A stretch of DNA of 64,000 bases. Source: Auanema rhodensis. Its lineage: Eukaryota; Animalia; Nematoda. The DNA lies in contig OZ059897.1 of NCBI GenBank assembly GCA_964057225.1, positions 12,524,001-12,588,000 on the forward strand. Reading direction: 5' to 3'. Below, piece by piece: positions 61,701 to 64,000 of this stretch (the stretch's first letter is position 1; each line of letters begins with the position of its first letter). Below the pieces are notes generated by a model. That model was not told the origin of the DNA. It ran no database searches and was given only the letters and a program-made list of their open reading frames with translations. A program made the translations under genes and the position numbers.

Positions 61701-64000
61701 TAAAACTAAAAAACAAAAATGACTGTCTTCCGTCTCTTGCTACTCACTGTTTATGATTTTCTCAAGGAATCGCAATGTAACAAACAAGCTTCTAAACTTT
61801 AAAACTTTAAAACTTTTTTTTCTTTTTCCTTTACACGAACATTTTTTGTTTTGCTTTTTCACAAAAACCTTAGCTTTGCACCTTTTATTATAATTTAAAA
61901 TATATTCTATTGAATATAGAAATAATTATGATCAAAGATGAGCACAGCTGAAAATTTCTTTTTTTTTTTCAAAAAAAGCTCTCTATCTCTCTCTTTCTGT
62001 CTCTCCTTTCCAATATAGATTGTTATAAGCTTGGAATAGATTATAGTTCTTATAATCAAGCTCAAAAAGTTCTAAGGGAGAATGACAAGATATTTCTTTA
62101 ATAAAATCTAATATGCAAACTATATGTATCCTAGCGTTTATTACAGTTGTCTTTACGTTTTATATTAATAAAATTATGTTCGCTTTGCATCAATTCACAA
62201 GCATTTCATGCAAACACGTTCAACACAAGTATGTCAAAAGTCAATTTTCACCTATCGTCCGTCGTCGTGTTAATGTTCAGATTTATGCACTATCCAATGT
62301 TTTGTTTTCAACAACAACAACAAAAACTCTTTTAACCATAACATTTTTTAAGTTTTCTAATATAAAAATTAAATTTTATATTATTATATACTAATTATAA
62401 CATTAAATATAAGATTTAACCTTAATTATTTTTTAATAATGATCACTAATCAAGCTTATATACCGCTTCTCATCTAATCCATTTAACATTTAGCACTGCG
62501 AGTACGTATTCTGGATCCTAAGCATCAAGTCTTAGGAGTTGGTCAGAAAGCACAATGGATTTGTCAAATAGTTGGCAACATAGTAAGCTTATAACTACTA
62601 TAACATATAGCTAAAAGAATGATTATTTATGATTCAAATATGAAAATTATTTTTTTTTTTTTCAAAAATCAATAAAATCATTCTTTTAGTTTAGCATAAC
62701 AAATACTTTATAACATTATAATTTATTAAACATAGCCTGTGTTGTCTTCAATTTTAGCCATCTAACGCTCATTTGGAATGGACACGTGTTGGATATGCTA
62801 CGTTACCATCTAAAGCTTATACGGATGAAGGATATCTATCTTTGGATAATGTACAAGAAGAAGATGAAGGACAATATCGTTGTACCGCAACAACTATACA
62901 TTCATATGCTACTGATGATGCCTTACTTACCATTAGTCAGCAGCCTAGTATGCTTTTCAATCACTCAAAATGCTTCACCCACCTTAGTTTCAATATCAAA
63001 AAAGCTTAGAACAATGCTTATGCTTCATTCTTTAGTTTGTATTCAGTTTTCAACAGTTAAGGATATTTTAATCATTGTTAACAGAAAATCAGATGAGAAA
63101 CCTATAGCTATCATCTTAACAACATAACTGTCTGATTCTCGTGTTTTCATGATATCTCCTACCTTTGTTTAAACAAAAGTCTAAACAACTGAACTATATG
63201 TATGTGCAGTCTTTTCGTTTTTTGAACAAAAAACAGAACTTTTTATTTAGTTCTCAATGTTTTAGTTTAGAATATATATTTTATGAGTTTAAGCTATTTT
63301 AACAAGCTTAAATTACAAACGTTTTGTCAGCTTTTTTTGTTTTGTTTTAATTTTATTTTTATAATTTATACACAAAGCTTTATTCCACATAATATTTATC
63401 ACATATAGCTTTATGATGTTAAGTTTCGCTTAAACTCAGCCGTTATGCACAATATTTCAAACAAATATTTCAAGAAATTATCTAAAGATTGTTTGTTAAA
63501 GTTTGTTAATTTGATATGTTTAGGTGGACGTCCTCCTCAGCCAGTAATTGATCCACTTCATCAAACTGTTATTGAAGGAGATGCTGCATCATTCAGATGC
63601 TGGGTACCTGGAATTCCTGATTGTCAAATCACTTTCCATAAGGTAATATCACGCTTTTTCTTGATAGAATTATAATTTCTTTTCTTTTAGGAACATATTG
63701 GTGGCCCATTACCTCATGGAGTTTACCAAACTGGTAATGCTTTGAAGATTCCAAGAGCTATGCTTAAGGATGCTGGAAACTATATCTGTACAGCCATCAA
63801 TCAATATGGAATTGGACAATCACCAAATGCTCGTTTGGATGTTGTTAGACGTTCGTTTTCTATTATTCTTTGAAATTAATTTTACCACATATGTTACATC
63901 AATGAAACCAATGATATTTCAGCTGTTCAAAAGCCAAAGGTTGATCCAATTGAGCAAACTGTAAATGAAGGTGAGCCCGCCCGCTTCCGTTGTTGGGTTC
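52791..64000 (+). CDS. unc-52: Perlecan / basement-membrane proteoglycan UNC-52, 5' part (domains I-III and start of Ig domain IV); runs off the window
   Basis: First exon 52791-52875 ([28 protein letters not shown]) splices to 55430 ([37 protein letters not shown]). Then Ig, 3 LDLa ([35 protein letters not shown]), Ig, and laminin EGF plus two L4 modules ([36 protein letters not shown]). Ig repeats start at 62494 ([10 protein letters not shown]...FRCWVPG). Very close to C. elegans UNC-52 as I recall it. Confidence 0.96.
57416..57436. repeat. (TA)n microsatellite
   Basis: TA dinucleotide run in an unc-52 intron. Confidence 0.8.
58501..58512 (+). other. unc-52: Candidate 12-nt in-frame microexon of unc-52 (DAAC)
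   Basis: ttttattttcag|GATGCTGCTTGT|gtgagt has a consensus acceptor and donor. It is phase 0-0, between the exon ending at 58398 and the exon starting at 58676. Confidence 0.55.
61214..61278 (+). CDS. unc-52: Alternative terminal extension of unc-52: short isoform ending after domain III
   Basis: Read-through of the donor GAA G|gtgaag (61213) gives [21 protein letters not shown] (TAG 61276-61278). Use of the donor instead joins in frame to the Ig exon at 62494. Confidence 0.75.

Noticed and set aside
1-64000. Prokaryotic-type systems (CRISPR, defence operons), tRNA and rRNA genes
   Set aside because: The sequence is intron-rich nematode DNA. No repeat-spacer arrays or structured RNA genes were recognised by eye.

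Overview
AT-rich eukaryotic DNA with many 45-60 nt introns and TTTCAG/TTTTAG acceptors, almost certainly from a nematode. The ORF track is mostly exon fragments and noise, so I spliced gene models by eye and boundaries may be off by a few nt. Six coding units are supported. (1) A VLDLR/lipophorin-receptor-type LDLR gene (-, 5121-9423). (2) A ~1,700-aa type I membrane protein (-, 12278-20657) with an N-terminal histidine-brace/LPMO-like domain, 2 EGF, 3 TIL, 4 DOMON domains, SEA and TM. (3) A 116-aa secreted amphipathic protein (+, 30811-31254). (4) A secreted SEA + Ig + 8xLDLa unit with His/Gln- and Glu/Arg-rich linkers (+, 33262-47506). (5) An HHAT-type MBOAT nested antisense in an intron of unit 4 (-, 39922-41857). 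(6) The 5' part of unc-52/perlecan (+, 52791 to beyond 64000). The best candidate for an undescribed system is gene 2. Its putative copper His-brace domain is fused to four DOMONs that all keep the Met/His heme ligands, suggesting a membrane-tethered LPMO plus cytochrome electron chain in one polypeptide. One DOMON is split by a ~700-aa insert ending in a furin site. Second best: unit 4 can splice in frame into unc-52 exon 2, which would give a long perlecan isoform with a Ser-Gly GAG site and SEA domain.
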